DNA of 64,000 nt, from positions 186,001 through 250,000 of the forward strand of contig NGBS01000875.1 of NCBI GenBank assembly GCA_002245135.1, read 5' to 3'. Below, piece by piece: positions 13,062 to 27,188 of this stretch. The notes under the pieces were generated by a model. The model made no database searches, was not told where the DNA came from, and saw nothing but the letters and a program-made list of their open reading frames with translations. Source of the stretch: Proteromonas lacertae. Its lineage: Eukaryota. Position 1 is the first letter of the stretch. Each line of letters starts with the position of its first letter. The position numbers were made by a program, and so were the translations under genes.

Positions 13062-14002
13062 TCAATTTTTAAAAAACAAATCCATAGTATTCTTATAATA
13101 CAACTCTCCCAATTCTTTCATATCTTTACCTTTTACTCCACTTAATACTTCCAATACATTTACAATAACACAAGGCTCATTTCTACTCTTCACTAACTTA
13201 CCTTCAACATATTTCTCTTTCTTACACAAATCCCACTTCGTTTTTACATATTTATAACTTGCATGGGTTGGTCTAATATCACACCATGGTGCATCAGTTT
13301 CTATCATTATTCTATCATCTGGTATTGATTTAACTACTTCTAATTGTTGTTCAGTTTTCAAAGAACAACCATTTATACCTATTGATAGATTTAAATCTAA
13401 TAATTTTGATGCTTCTTCTTTTGTTCCAGTAAAACTATGAACTACTCCACCAACTATTCTATCTCTATTTTTACTCATTATATTGTAGAAATCATCTCCT
13501 GTATTTCTATCGTGTAAAAACATTGGAAGTTTGTATTTTTCACTTAAATCGAATTGTCTTTGAAAATTCTTAAGCTGCATTTCTTTTGGACAGAAATAAA
13601 GTCTATCATAATCTAAACCACACTCTCCTATAGCTACTACTTTGTCTTTCCCTTCTTCAATAATCTTACTTAATTCTGAAAAATATTGTTCATAATCTTC
13701 TTCTTTAAATTCGTTACATCTTGTAGGATGTATACCTACGGTAAAATATAGCCTTGGATCAGTTTTTGCTAATTCTAATGCTTCTTTAGATTCTTGTAGA
13801 TTACTGGATGTAATAATAATCTTTTGCATCCCTATTTTATATGCTCTTTCCAATATATCATCGAAATCATTTTTATGAATTTGTTTATCTCTATAAATGC
13901 CTCTAAACATTGGATCAAGCAAATTTAATCCCTAATTATCACATAACTATTTTATATATAAAATACTATATCACAATAAGGAATTTCAGCCATTTCACTC
14001 AT
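13062..14002 (-). CDS. TATDN1: TatD family DNase
   Basis: DI|GLNLLDPMFRGIY, VGIHPTRC, AIGECGLDYDRL, GGVVHSFTG, IETDAPWC, RNEPC; 1 intron near the 5' end. Confidence 0.95.
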
Positions 14003-14126
14003 TACTCTTCGAAGATGATGAATAAAATACAATTCTGCAAATTAGATTATCAAACTAGTTTGATATATTCCAATTTTATTTCCGTGTATATATATTAACA
14101 ATTCAATAAAATAAAATATCAATTAT

Positions 14127-17100
14127 TTATTCTATATTAAAAAATTGTTTTGATAATTCTTTCTTTACCTCTTCTGAAATTCCATTCAGTTTTATAACTT
14201 TTATCAAATAGAATGTTTCAAAAAATGATTCTAATTCTGTTTTATCTATATCTTCTTTTAATGTAATTGACAATCTGTATAAACAATTAAATATTTCTTC
14301 ATTTTCCATCATTAATCTCATTCCTCTCTCATTTATTTCATTACCTGACAAATCAATTTGACTTAATGGTTTATAATACTTCATACTTTCAATAAGCAAT
14401 TCTAATCCTCTTTCACTCATTCCAACATCTATTTAATAACATACAATCTAAAATACTAGATAAGTTCATGTATGATGAATATTCTACAAATTTATCTAAA
14501 TATTTACATGCTATTTCTATTCCATCATCTCCAATTAGATTATTATATATTGAAATGTGATGTAAATCTTTTGGCAATGAATCTGCTAATTCTTTTAATC
14601 CATTGGAAGTAATGAAATTATTGGATAAATCTAATATATAATAATCAATCTGTTTAATCAATGAAATGTGAGAATCGTTAATATTCAAATCTATATTACT
14701 ATATATTTTGATTTTATACTAGAAAAATCATATTCCTTATAACCTGCTCTTTTCTTTTTAATACAATAATCCAAATAATACTTCAATTCTTCATCTCTCC
14801 ACAAATTACATTTCATTTGTATAAAGGAGTAGTTATCATGTCTATCAGGGCTATTCTTTTCTAAGGATTTTGAACAAATTGACTTTAATCCATTCATCCT
14901 GATATTATTTCCATTTAGATTTATTCTATGGCAATAGCCAATATCGTTAATCTTATCTGCTAATAACTCTATACTTTCATCATCTATTGATATATCATTT
15001 ATATTCATTTCATAAAAACCTTTAACTAACATCTTTAAATTGTTTTGTAATAACTTAAATCCTGCATTACCAATCGGATTATCTATTAATAAATATTGAA
15101 TATTATTTTAATATAAGTACTTTCAATAAATAACAATTTTATATTATCATTCTCTTTCATATAATTCATTAAATATTCAATACCATTTGAATCAATATTA
15201 TTATTACTTATGTCAAGTTTGATCTTTTCTTTAAGATTCTTTAAACCATCAAGCAAGTATTTTATTCCAGTTGAAGATAATCCCATTTCTATTACATAGT
15301 AAATAAACACAAATATTATACTTGAACAATTTATTCTATTAACCTTTCCATCATCATGTAATAATAATTGCAAATGTTGAGATAATATTTTCATCTCCTT
15401 GTCTCCTATATCATTTCCATTTAATTCAAGATAATAAAGATTTGAAAATGAAGATATTTTATTAATCAGTAATTCTACACCTTTATATGTTAGTTTATTA
15501 TCTAAACAATAGAAAAAATAGAAAAAATACTTCTTAAATATAACTTTTCTATTATATGTAATTCATTTAATCTTACAGCAACAAATGATTCGATAAAAGC
15601 ATCATCAATTTCTAAACTATTCAGATTCAGCCCATTTAGACATTCTAAAATGTATTTAATCAATTCTGGAAATGTCTTTATCAATCAGTAATTCTTTACC
15701 TCCATTAAAATCAAAATATGTCTTGGATATAGGAAATACAGAGAATAAGGCTTTTAAACCTTTGTAATGAATATTTTCATTGTTTCTAATATCTATTTTT
15801 TGAAGATTTGGGTATTTATATAATTCTGAATGATAATAATGCCATTGATTCATCATTTGAATCTCATCCCTTGAAGATCCAATTCATTATCCTTGTTGAT
15901 TAATAAATGTAAATATGGAAGTAACAATCTGAAACTTTTAGGACCTATGGGATTGGCTATTTATATATTAATATAAAAACAAATTAATAAATACAAGATA
16001 AATTCACTTGTTTCAATTTCATCAACGGAATTGAAGCTACAAATGGTTCAATGAATTGAGAAGAAAGATTACATCCTGATACATCCAAACTATTAAAATA
16101 GGGTAGTATAGACAAATGTGATGCTAGTAACGATTGGTATTGGAGTGGAATACTAATCCAGTCTGAATAAATAACAAAATATTACAATTATACTTATTTT
16201 GAATTTTATAGGATTATTAATTTTTATAATTCTAAACAGATACTTAATCCCTTCTTCACACAAACATATACACTCTAAATCAACTGTGATATTCTCTTTA
16301 TTAAACAGGCCACTATTAATATTAAACATCTTTTCATCTAAATAACATTCCTTTCCTATTTCGCATTGGTGATGGATTTGAAAATTCAGTTTATCTTCTA
16401 CTGATTCATCATTTTTGAATATTTTCATCATTAATAATATCGACAATGCTTTTTCATTTGGTATATTGTTGTATAATTGTATTAAACCATCTCGAATATC
16501 TATTCAATTATAAATATTATCCAATATAATTGCATATATATACTTTCCCATTTATTTCTTTGAAGATAATATGTTTCTTGAACATTAAATGGTGATACTT
16601 CTATATAATAATCATTATTGAATAATGTTTCTTTTCTTTCTTCATATATCATCAGGTAATTATCATCATCTCTCAATATTTCACTCATTTTAATCATCTC
16701 TTTTTTCATCTCTTTCAAACTCATTCTATCTTCATTCTTCACTTTTAACATTTTGTTTATGATTTCTTTCATATTATCATCACATCTCTCATCTAAACTG
16801 TATTTACATTTCAATATATTCTCTTTTGTTTTATTGATATTATCATCTTCACAAAATGGTAATTTCTTAAACATCATTTCATATAATATACATCCTAATG
16901 ACCAAACCACACTTCTTTCATTGCATTCTAATCCATTACACTCTTCTGGGATTTTGAAGCACATATCATACACTCTCAAATCCTCTTCTTTTCTCAATGT
17001 GTTTAAGAATAAATCACATAACTTAATATCATTATTCTCTTCATATATTATGTTACTACTCTTTAAATTACTTATTATTACATCATATTCACTCAATATC

Positions 17101-17500
17101 ATCAAAATATCACAGATTTCATAAATCATACAACAAATATTACTAACTGAAAATGATTTACTCTGAATTATCTCTTCTAAATCATTTGCGTAATAGTCTC
17201 TATCCAAAACTATATATTCACTACAACTATTCATTTGAAAAACTTTAAAAGAATATAGATATGAAGAGAAACAATCTAACCACATTATGTTATTCTCCAC
17301 GAATTTATACATTTTCTTTTTCTTAATTCCATCAACATTAATAAATTTTACCATTTTCATGTTATTATTATGTTGAATAACTAAATCCATTTCATTTTTA
17401 TTCTTTTCTATCTTTTCCTTTACCTAAAAATATAAATTTATCATCATACTTTAGTTTCATCTAATAACAACTCATCTACAACATTTTTAAAACAAAACAT
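14127..17500 (-). CDS. Pseudokinase + RI-like LRR protein, copy 2
   Basis: ATG 17500 MFCFKNVV; paralogous to copy 1 along its length (IISNLKSSN, CDLF, SVVWSLGCILYEM, LRRs). Several 1-nt indels at ~15670-15860. Confidence 0.83.
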
Positions 17501-17600
17501 TTTTGAAAAATAGTCGTTTCAGAAATTTTATTTTCTAAATAAAACGTTATTATCAATAGATTAATTAGCAACCCAATACAATACAATAAAATAAAATCAT

Positions 17601-18518
17601 TTAATATGTTACTAGAGAGACATCACAATAATACACTTTATTTGCACTTCCTACTGTTATATATAATACTTTCTCATCATAATTCAAGCATAAGCCTGTT
17701 ATATCTGGTTCAGGAACACTAATTTGTTCTACTAAGTCACCATCACTGTTTATTATTGATATTAAGCCATTCTTTGTTTCTATTTATCGAAATATTACAT
17801 GATAAATAATCATACCTTCACTAGGATAGTCAAAATGACCTATAAATAAGTAATTCTTTAAATGACTAACACATATTGATTTAGGTCCCATTCTTCCATT
17901 AAATGTATAGAATACTGATGGTTGATATACTGATGGAGGATCTTCTACTAGTCTCAATATTCTATTTGCTAAAAATTCACAAACATATCTAATATTGATT
18001 ATATAATAGATTAAAATATAATACATATATTTTTCTGTTTTGCTGTATGCAATTCCACATGGACAAGCTAATCCTCTATCAATAATTGGAACTAAAATGA
18101 AGTTATTCATACTCCAAGCTAATTGATAAATAGCTCCATTTGGATTAATCACTGATGTGGCTCCTGCTGGACCACTATCAGTAAATACTAAATTTCCTGT
18201 TTTTGATCTAGCTACAGAACTTGGTCCAATAAATTGTCTTCCTTCACATTCACTACAAACTCTACGATTCTCTCCTTTTGGATCAAGATACAATAAAGCC
18301 TTGTGAGCAAAATCAGTTACATAAAATCCACCACTTGGATCATATGCTGCACCTGTTGGTTGACCACCTGAATTAGCCCAAATTGTAGCAGTTTTAGGAT
18401 TAGAAAGGTTAATTTCAAGAATTTCACCAGTGTTATTGGATATTACATATAATTTATCATCAACTAGCACTGGAGATGTTAAATAGTTTCCACCTTCATA
18501 TAATAGTATTGGTTCCAT
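17601..18518 (-). CDS. SMP-30/gluconolactonase/strictosidine synthase-like beta-propeller
   Basis: GQPTGAAYD, YVTDFAH, FIGPSSV, FTDSGP, GLACPCGIA, GRMGPKSI; 2 introns; spliced end VYYCDVSLVTY*. Confidence 0.85.
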
Positions 18519-18588
18519 TATTTGAAAGAAAAGTTAAAAAAAACGATTATTTAGGTTTGAATGGTTTGAAATTCTATTAAGAATAAAC

Positions 18589-20166
18589 ATGAATATCTCG
18601 TTAAATAGAATACTAATATCGCTTGTTGTTAGATTTTTGGAAATATTGTTGCTTAAAACATACTACTGTGCTGATGAATTCTGGCAGGGACCAGAAATTG
18701 CTCATAAATTGGTTTACGGATATGGATATGAGTATAGGCATTTCTTCATGAAAATATTTAAGTATAGATCATGGGAATGGACTGATAAAAATCCAATTAG
18801 AAGTTATTTTCATCCATTAGTTTACGCTGTTGGTTATTATATGTTAAAATTATTTGTATATAATTATATTTGTGACATATAGAATATAAATAATCTTGCA
18901 ATAGTACAATTAACACCAAAATTAATTCAATTACCATTTCTGGTTTTGTATGATGAATGTATATACTTATTAACATATCGAATATTTGGACATTATCCTG
19001 CTTTATTCGCATATATATGTAATCTATCCAATTACTTTTTAGCTTATGGTTTAATAAGAACAAATTCAAATTGTTTTGAGACATTTTTCTTGGTTTATTC
19101 ATTATGTGTATGGAATTTTGAAAGTCCAAATTCTAGAGGAAAAGAAAGGGTTTTAGGTATTCTATTATCTGGTTTAACAGTATTATTTCGTCCAACACCA
19201 GTAATATATTTAATACTCATTTATTCATATCATTTTTACATTACAAATACAAAATTAGAGTTTATATTTTTCAATTTATTACCAATTACAGTTTTGTTAT
19301 TTTTACTTCAAATTATTTCAGATTCTTTATTCTATGGCCATTTTACTGTTACTATGTTTAATTTTTTCATTTTTAATTTGTATTCTAACAACAGCAGTTT
19401 ATATGGAGTTTTGCCTTTTTATTGGTATTTTGCAGTTGCACTTCCTGTTATGTGTGGAATATATATTTTATTATTGCCATTAATATTGAAATATTGTAAT
19501 AATTTATGTATATTCAATATAGCAATTATATCTCTACTATTAAATTCGCTATTTGATCATAAAGAATATAGATTTATATATGTTGCCTATTTCTTTAATA
19601 ACAATATATTTTGGTGATGTGATATATCATTTGTGGATAAAATATGGTAATAAAATAATAAATTGTTTATTAATAATTACTGTTATAATACATACAATTG
19701 TATTTGTATTTTTAGCAAGAATTCACCAAAGAGGATCATTAGATGTGATTGGAGTATTTATCATATGAAGTTAAAGACAAACCAAATGATATAAAAGTGT
19801 ATATTTTAGATACTTGTCATATGACGCCTTATTATTCTTATATCCATAAGAATATTACGATGTCATTTCCTGATTGTTCACCTGCTAATAGAAAAAGAGT
19901 TGGTGGAAGTGATACAGATAGATTAATTAAAAATCCTTTAGAATTTGTATATCAAGCATTTGATGATGGTGATAATAATAGAAATTTACCTGATTATATT
20001 GTGACAACTGAATCTAAAATGAAAGGAATTGAATCTTGGCTTGATGAGAAAGGATTTAAGAAGGTATAATTATGTAATTATTTTGACATAATAGATATAT
20101 CCTATATCGAAAGTAGCGATTATTGAATATGATCCTGATGTAAAATTCTATATATTTAAACGATAA
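18589..20166 (+). CDS. PIGB: GPI mannosyltransferase 3 (PIG-B/Gpi10)
   Basis: TYYCADEFWQGPEIAHKLVYGYGY..SWEW...IRSYFHPL, RTNSNCFET, FRPT, HKEYRFI, HQRG, CHMTPYYSYIH; multi-TM. Three introns; indels at ~19580 and ~19750. Confidence 0.95.
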
Positions 20167-20288
20167 TTTTAATTTTTCATTTGTTCTTAAAACGGATATA
20201 AAACGAATATATATTTGAATAAATAATCATTTGATTTGTTTTTTCTCGTTATATACAACCCTTTTAGCTTTGTAAATAATATTTCAGG

Positions 20289-21706
20289 ATGAACATGGTT
20301 CAAGTGAGGAATAATAAACTGTTTATATTCGGATTTCTATCATTCATTATACAATTTGTGCTAGGATTAGTATATCCAGATCCAGATATTATTATTGGGG
20401 TAAACAATGATTTTTCAGAATTTCCAGATGATTTTGTTGATTATAACAACTTCACAATAGTAAAAGATCATTTCCCAGGTACTTTACAAATCGATCCTGA
20501 TACAGGTGAAATATTTGGATCATGTGAATACACATTTGTCACTAGGGATTACAAAATAAGAGCATTGAACAACAATACTGTTGAAGAAGCAGTAGTATCA
20601 ATAACAAGTATATATAATCTTTTATTATAATACAATTATCATAGTAATTGATGTACCATATTACTGCACAATTGGTTTTGATACATTTTACTTAATTAAT
20701 GGTCAATATATCAATTTCCAGTTAGTATGTAACACACCAATACGATATTGGTATTATTCACCATCTCTACCTCCTGGACTGAAATTAGTGAAAGAAAAAG
20801 GACTATTAATTGGAACAGTAACAGATTATAATAAGGAAGATTCAATACTGACGAAAATAATAGCAGAAAATGAATTAGGTAATTATTCATTTCTAATTAA
20901 TTTCCAACCATCTGAAACGAATCTTTATGATACAGGTTTAACTATTTGTTATGCAGACACTGATTCTTCTCAAGCTTATTTTAGTCGAACTTTATTATCA
21001 TATCAAGATTGTAGTTTTACATCAATGATCAATGTAGATCGTAGGAGAAGTACTTATCAGAATGGAATTACAATAAGATTTGTTAGTTATCTGAATATAT
21101 TTGATGAATCAGATTATGAGTTTCAAATAGAATGTATAGGATGTTGTGCTTTATATATTCAAGATTTAGAAGATCCATTAATTGATAAAACAGATTGTAG
21201 TTCGTTAAGAAGTAAAATATCAAAATTGCATTTATCCAAAGGATTATATGATTTAGAATTGTACTATTCTGCAACAGTGAAATATTATACAGTAAAATTA
21301 TATTGGAAAATGGATGAAAATGGTTGGAGTGTTATTGGTCCAAAATATTTCAGAGTGAAAAGACAACCACCAGCGTATTTGTCATATCGTTCGAATAGAA
21401 TAATCTTTGAATTAAATTCACCTATTGATGAAACTCCATTATATCTTGGTTTTGCAAATCAATTTAGTTATGAGGAATTAGAATATAATAATAATGAAAA
21501 AGGTAATGGAATAACTGTAGATGTAAAAACTGGTAGAATATCAGGTATAATCAGCACTTTACCTAAAAAACCAATTCATTTAAAAATAACATCTTTTGGT
21601 ATAGATGGTAAAGATTATACTGATATATATTTAATCCCAAGAATTGATAGCAATTATTACCTTCAAAGATTGCAGATGTCTGTTTATTTAGCAAGGGAAG
21701 AACAAT

Positions 21707-21738
<32 letters not shown>

Positions 21739-24700
21739 CTATCTTTTGAACCTGATACAATTGGAATAGATCGATTGGTTTATAAAACATTTATTAATAA
21801 TGTGAATTACAGTGATGTTCTACCAAAGTCGTTTCCTGGCTATATATTGCCAACTACGTTATTCACTTCAACTATCGAAGGGGAAATTGTAGTGGAAAGA
21901 TATGGAAATTATAATATTACCGTTATAGGAAATGGTCCACTCATAGTGACTGTTGGTAGTGTAAAATCAGAGAATTATGAATGTACAAATAAGCCAATTT
22001 CAATAATCATATCCGTTTCATTAACAACTAAATATAATTACTTCAAAATATCACATGGTCATTTCACAAATCTATTGAAATTAGAAGTATATTGGTGTTC
22101 CAATGAATTGAACATACCATTTCAACTTATTCCACCTAAAAATTTTGCATATTACAGTGACTTACAGTTTGAATATTCAACCTCAGTTGCAATGTATGTA
22201 GGAGGTGAATCAATTGAGCCAAGTATTCCATTCATATCAACAACAGAAAAAATATTATATTTCTTCGTTTATCCACTATTACCAAGTGGTTTAATATTAG
22301 ATACAAAGACAGGAGTGATTAGTGGAATTCCTGATGTTTTATTCTCTGATATGAAGAATTATGTTGTTAGAGCAACAACAGAAAGTGGTGTTCATATTAG
22401 AACTACTGTTAGAATCAGTATAGTGACAATTATACCTCCTTGTAATATTATCTTCTTTGTTGAAAATGTTCCTGTCACTAAAATCAATGGCGAAATAGGA
22501 GTGGAATTGAATACTATTCAAATATCCGCAAGAGGTACAATAAAATCAATTTCAACTGTTCCAAAATTACCTGAAGGATTAGTAATAGATTTTGAGAATC
22601 ATATTATTAAAGGAACTCCAATTGAAGAATTTAATGGAAAAATCACATTTCATTTTGGTAATTATGGCGGATATTCATTTTATAATATTTCTATGAATAT
22701 AATAAGTTGTAGTAAAGGTGGATTTATTTCAGTTCACTTCTATTATTCACAAGGAACAGGAAGTACAATCGTTAATCTAATTGATGATAATGATAATTCT
22801 ACTAGTTATATAACTAATAAAGAAATAACAACATCTTTTGATCAATCATTTTGTTTGAATTATTCCAATTTTACATTGTTATTAAGTCGAGTTGAAGGAA
22901 CTCCAGTGACTTTCTTTGTTGATACTTATAACCATACAATGTTAACACTTGGAGATACTACTAAATGGCCAATTACACAGAACTTTACATTTAAATTTAC
23001 ATCTATGATTACTCTACCAGAATTATCCTATTATTCAGGAAATAATTTAATAGTGTATTCTTATCATTTCAATTATTATCAACCAATATTAGAGAAGAAT
23101 ATAGCTTGGTTTGAGATGTATAATTGTCCATTAACAATGACTATTAACCCAGTGACTGGGGTTATAACAGGTCATTTAGATGATAATACATTCTGTCTAG
23201 TAAAAGCATGTAATTCCATTGGTTGTAGTAATGTAACGGTTAGTTTTACAGTTATACCATGTGTTTTACCTTATCGTACATTTACAGTTACTCTTCATCC
23301 ACTATCACATTCATCTGATATTTATGTATCAATAATTGAAGGAAGGCAAAAGAATAAAATATTTCAAATGAAATCATCTGGGAATTATGAAGATGAAACA
23401 TTCAATATATGCTTAGATCAAGGTTATTATTATGTAGTATTAAACAATAAAACTGATGATTTATGGGTTAAAGGCTCTTATGTTGATATTACCTTAAATT
23501 CGTTTACATTATTCTCATCACATTCTTCTTTATGGGATTCTCAATATCAAATGATTACAAAAGAATATTTTCCTGATCCATTGTTATTTAAATATACATC
23601 GAAATATGTTAAGAATTGGAATTTACAAGATTTTGATGATTCTAGTTGGAATGTGATGAATGCTAGTTACTTTTCTACCTGAATTAAACTCAACTGATTT
23701 ATATTTGAGATTTGATATGGAATGTGATAGTTTATTCATTGAAGCATTACAGTTTCATTTCTTATTTCCTAAAACAAGTTATGAAATTGAAGTTTATATA
23801 AGAGGAACATTGTTTACTATGTATGCAACTTCACAGAATAATGAAAATGAAGAAAATAATGAGAAAATAATGAATAGAAAATCCCCTAATAATAATCTAC
23901 TTATCTTCTCATCATTAATTAAAAAGTATTTTGTTAAAGGCAATAATGTAATTTCTATTCATTTAAGACAAGTTGATTCTTTACAATGGAGAAGATCATA
24001 TGAAATATATTGTTATGTTTCTCATTCTGGTACAACTTATAGTACAACAACATCTATCTATTCTGATTTCTCCTTTGATTCATTAGATACTGTAATGGAA
24101 AATATGGTGGATGGAGATATATCAACTAACTATTTACCTATCATTAACTACGAAACTTTAAATATTTCGTTTATATTATCTTATGATGGTTGGACTCAAG
24201 CTTCAATCAATTCATATTACATTCGACCTGGTTTTGAAGGCAGAGAGATGGATCCAAGGTCATGGACCTTATTAGGAATAAGAAATCATAAAGAATATGT
24301 TATAGATACACATATAGATGAAGTATTTGAAAGAAATGAAGTTAAATATTTCTTATTTCCTGAAGGAACTGAAATGTTTGGGACTTATAAGTTGATGTTG
24401 ATAGATTATGGTGTTGTTTCATCCAATAATCGTTCTAATAGAATACATATCAGTGAATTTGGTTTAGTAACCCAAAGATATGAATATTGTCAGAATATCT
24501 TAGGATTTCCTGATACAAGAGCTAATACTAAAAGAGTATTAAGTTGTGGACCAGGTTATGATGGTATTAGAATAAGAGAATGTGATAATTATTGTGTATG
24601 GGGTGCTTATCCATCATTTGCAGAGAAATGTAAATTGGCATTACCTCAAAATTTAGTTTATCTGTTTAATACATCTTTGTTATATCATTTACCTGTAGAA

Positions 24701-25282
24701 TATTTGGGTAGAATATATCCAAGAGTTGGCGGTGCTCAATTAAGATATATGATATTTCCTGAATTACCGAAAGGATTATCATTTGATGATTTAACAGGAA
24801 CAATCAGTGGAACTCCATTAGAAGAATTACCATTACCAGTCAAATTTACAATTACAGCAATGAATGAATTAGGTAAAACATCAACGAGTTTATACATTCA
24901 AATAATAAGAGTATTTTGTCCAGAAACAGTAGATTATCCCAAAACAGATGTTGGTGAAGTTGCAATAATTCATTGTAAAGGTCAATCAGGTTATAAAGCA
25001 AGAGAATGTATTTATAAGAATCACAGAGTTCAATGGTCTTCAAAAGAAGAAAACAATTGTGGAGGTAGTAAGCCAATTCCAACTTCTATTTATATTATTG
25101 TGATTGTCGTAGCTTGTTCTGTGGCTGCTACTATTCTGGTGATAGTTATGTTTAGAGTGAAGAATAGGAATATTGATGGAAGTGATGATGATGAAGTTCC
25201 TTCTAGTTTACAAGAGTCTGATTTCTATAATAGAATATTGACAAAATCATCTATAGATGAATCACTTCTGTCTGATGATTAG
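20289..25282 (+). CDS. Giant type I membrane/surface protein with He_PIG (Ig-like) repeats, PA14-like, galactose-binding-like and Cys-rich modules
   Basis: Signal peptide; repeated LPxGLxxDxxTGxISGxP; PA14-like RFVSYLNI..YEF and KLEVYW; DPRSWTLLG; CP..YPKT..GE.A...C.G..G...REC; TM IYIIVIVVACSVAATILVIVMF. One intron at ~20608-20644 and a 1-nt insertion at ~23672 join the ORFs. Confidence 0.8.
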
Positions 25283-25375
25283 TTTAGTGTTTTATAATCA
25301 TTATTATAATTTTATTTAATTATGTTATAAAAACATTTTGTTTATATATTTACATAATTAATAATTAAATAGTAT

Positions 25376-25836
25376 TTACCTCTTTTTAAACAATCCTCCT
25401 TTGAATAATGAAGAAATACCACCACCTGAACTTTTAGCAACTTCTGTCTTCCCAACTATTGGATTTTTAACTCTCTTTTTATAGTCTTCTTCTGCTTCTC
25501 TCTCAATTTCAATAACTTTTAAAGAAATCATATCACCTGCTGGGTCTACAGATTGAGTAGGTTGGAATAAATCTACCCATACATAATCACTCTATTGTAT
25601 AATAAAAAAATGTATAATACATCACCACCAGCTTTAGCACGGAAATGATAACATCCTTTCAATGGAAAATTTGCTACATAATAACAAATACAAATTATAC
25701 ATCTTATATCTCCTACAGTAACCCTAGATTTATTAATTTCAAAAGCTCCTTCTTCATGATCCTTGACACCACTTTTCTATGTATGTATATATTTATATAA
25801 AGGTAATACAACTAATGTATATTGAACAACAACCAT
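25376..25836 (-). CDS. Small stand-alone DIX-domain-like protein (~120 aa); 3 introns
   Basis: Not in the ORF track. Spliced: MVVVQYTLV|KSGVKDHEEGAFEINKSRVTVGDIR|SNFPLKGCYHFRAKAGGD|SDYVWVDLFQPTQSVDPAGDMISLKVIE...FKKR*. Pattern VTvgD...FP..G.YHFR.K....VWxD matches DIX domains. Confidence 0.7.
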
Positions 25837-25909
25837 GAAAATCAAAGATATCTTCTTTAATCAAAAAATACTTTGAACTTATGTTAGTAGTAATTCCATC
25901 TTAAATAAA

Positions 25910-26946
25910 ATGGCAGATAAAAAGACAAGAATTCTAAGACAAATTGACTTTTACTTTGGTGATAGCAATTTGCCAAAAGATAAATTTTTAAAAGGATTAG
26001 TTGATTCAAATCCACAAGGTTATATCCTTTACATCACATATTTTTTTATATTCTTTAATCGTTTTACATGTTTCATTAGACTCAATTATGTCATTTAAAA
26101 GAATGAAGTCATTAACAGAAGATAAGAATGAAGTAATTGAAGCAATAAAAGAGTCTTCATTAGTTGAAGTATTTTTCAATCATTATATTATTGTAGTTAA
26201 ATGATGATAACACAATGTTAAGAAGAACATCACCGTTACCAACAGATTTAGACACAATGGCACATACGTTACGTATTGCTCGTTTCCCAACAACCAGTAC
26301 ACTCGATGAAATCCAAGAGTTCATTGACAAATACGGAAAATCAAAGTGTATCAGAATGAGAAAAGACAAAGAAAAGAAATTCAAAGGATCAATATATGTT
26401 GAAATGTCAACCAAAGAAGAATGTGAAAAACTCCTTTCTGAAGAACTCAAATATAGTGGTGAAGTATTAACAGAAAAATGCTACTTACAAGATCACTTGG
26501 ATAGTAAAAAATCTAAAAAGCCAAAGAAGAAGGATGATAATAAGAAAAATGAATATGAACCAGGCTGTGTATTAAAAGTCAAGAATATCGGTGAAGGTGC
26601 AAATAGAGAAGATTTTGAAGCTGTTTTAAATAAGAAGCAATATCAATTCATTGATTTCTGTAGAGGACAAACTGAAGGATTCTTGAGATTCAAAAAACCA
26701 GAATTTGCAAAAGAAACATTAGAAAAATTTACATCTGAAAAACCAGTGATTGGTGGAAATGAAATTGAAGTAAGTTTAGTAGAAGGAGATGAAGAAAAAG
26801 AGTATTGGGAAAAGATATCTGATTTAAGAAATCAGAAGAAACAGAAAGGTCAAAAGAGAGGAGGTGGTACAAAGAGAGGAAGAAAGGGAGGTAATGAAGG
26901 AGGTAAAAATAAAAAGGCAAAGACTGATGATGGAGATGAGGAATAA
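25910..26946 (+). CDS. SSB: La protein (La motif, RRM1, xRRM/RRM2)
   Basis: ILRQIDFYFGDSNLPKDKFL, SFKRMKSLT, FKGSIYVE, FIDFCRGQTEGFLRF, EEKEYWEKI; one AT-AC and one GT-AG intron. Confidence 0.95.
26022..26067 (+). other. U12-type (minor spliceosome) AT-AC intron, 46 nt
   Basis: 5' ATATCCTTT, branch-like TTCTTTAATC (26051-26060), 3' TTTTAC. Removal restores NPQGYVSLDSIMSFKRMK of the La motif. Confidence 0.92.
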
Positions 26947-27188
26947 ATTCTAACAGAAATAATAGTAAAATACAATTTAGTTCATTTGTTATGAATTTTT
27001 TTATTTTATTGCGGTGGTATATAATTAAAACAACAAATCTAATCTAATAATTAATCACATTATAAAGGAAAATATATATATATATAACTTAAACATACTA
27101 TAAATAAACTTTATTTATATACATTCTAATATATTTCAAATACTTTATCTATCTAATATACTCAACAACAGATTCTAATAATTATTTC

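Noticed and set aside
23655..23690. Overlapping ORFs suggesting a programmed frameshift in the surface protein
   Set aside because: One extra T in a short run, like many other indels in the window; no slippery heptamer or stimulatory structure seen.
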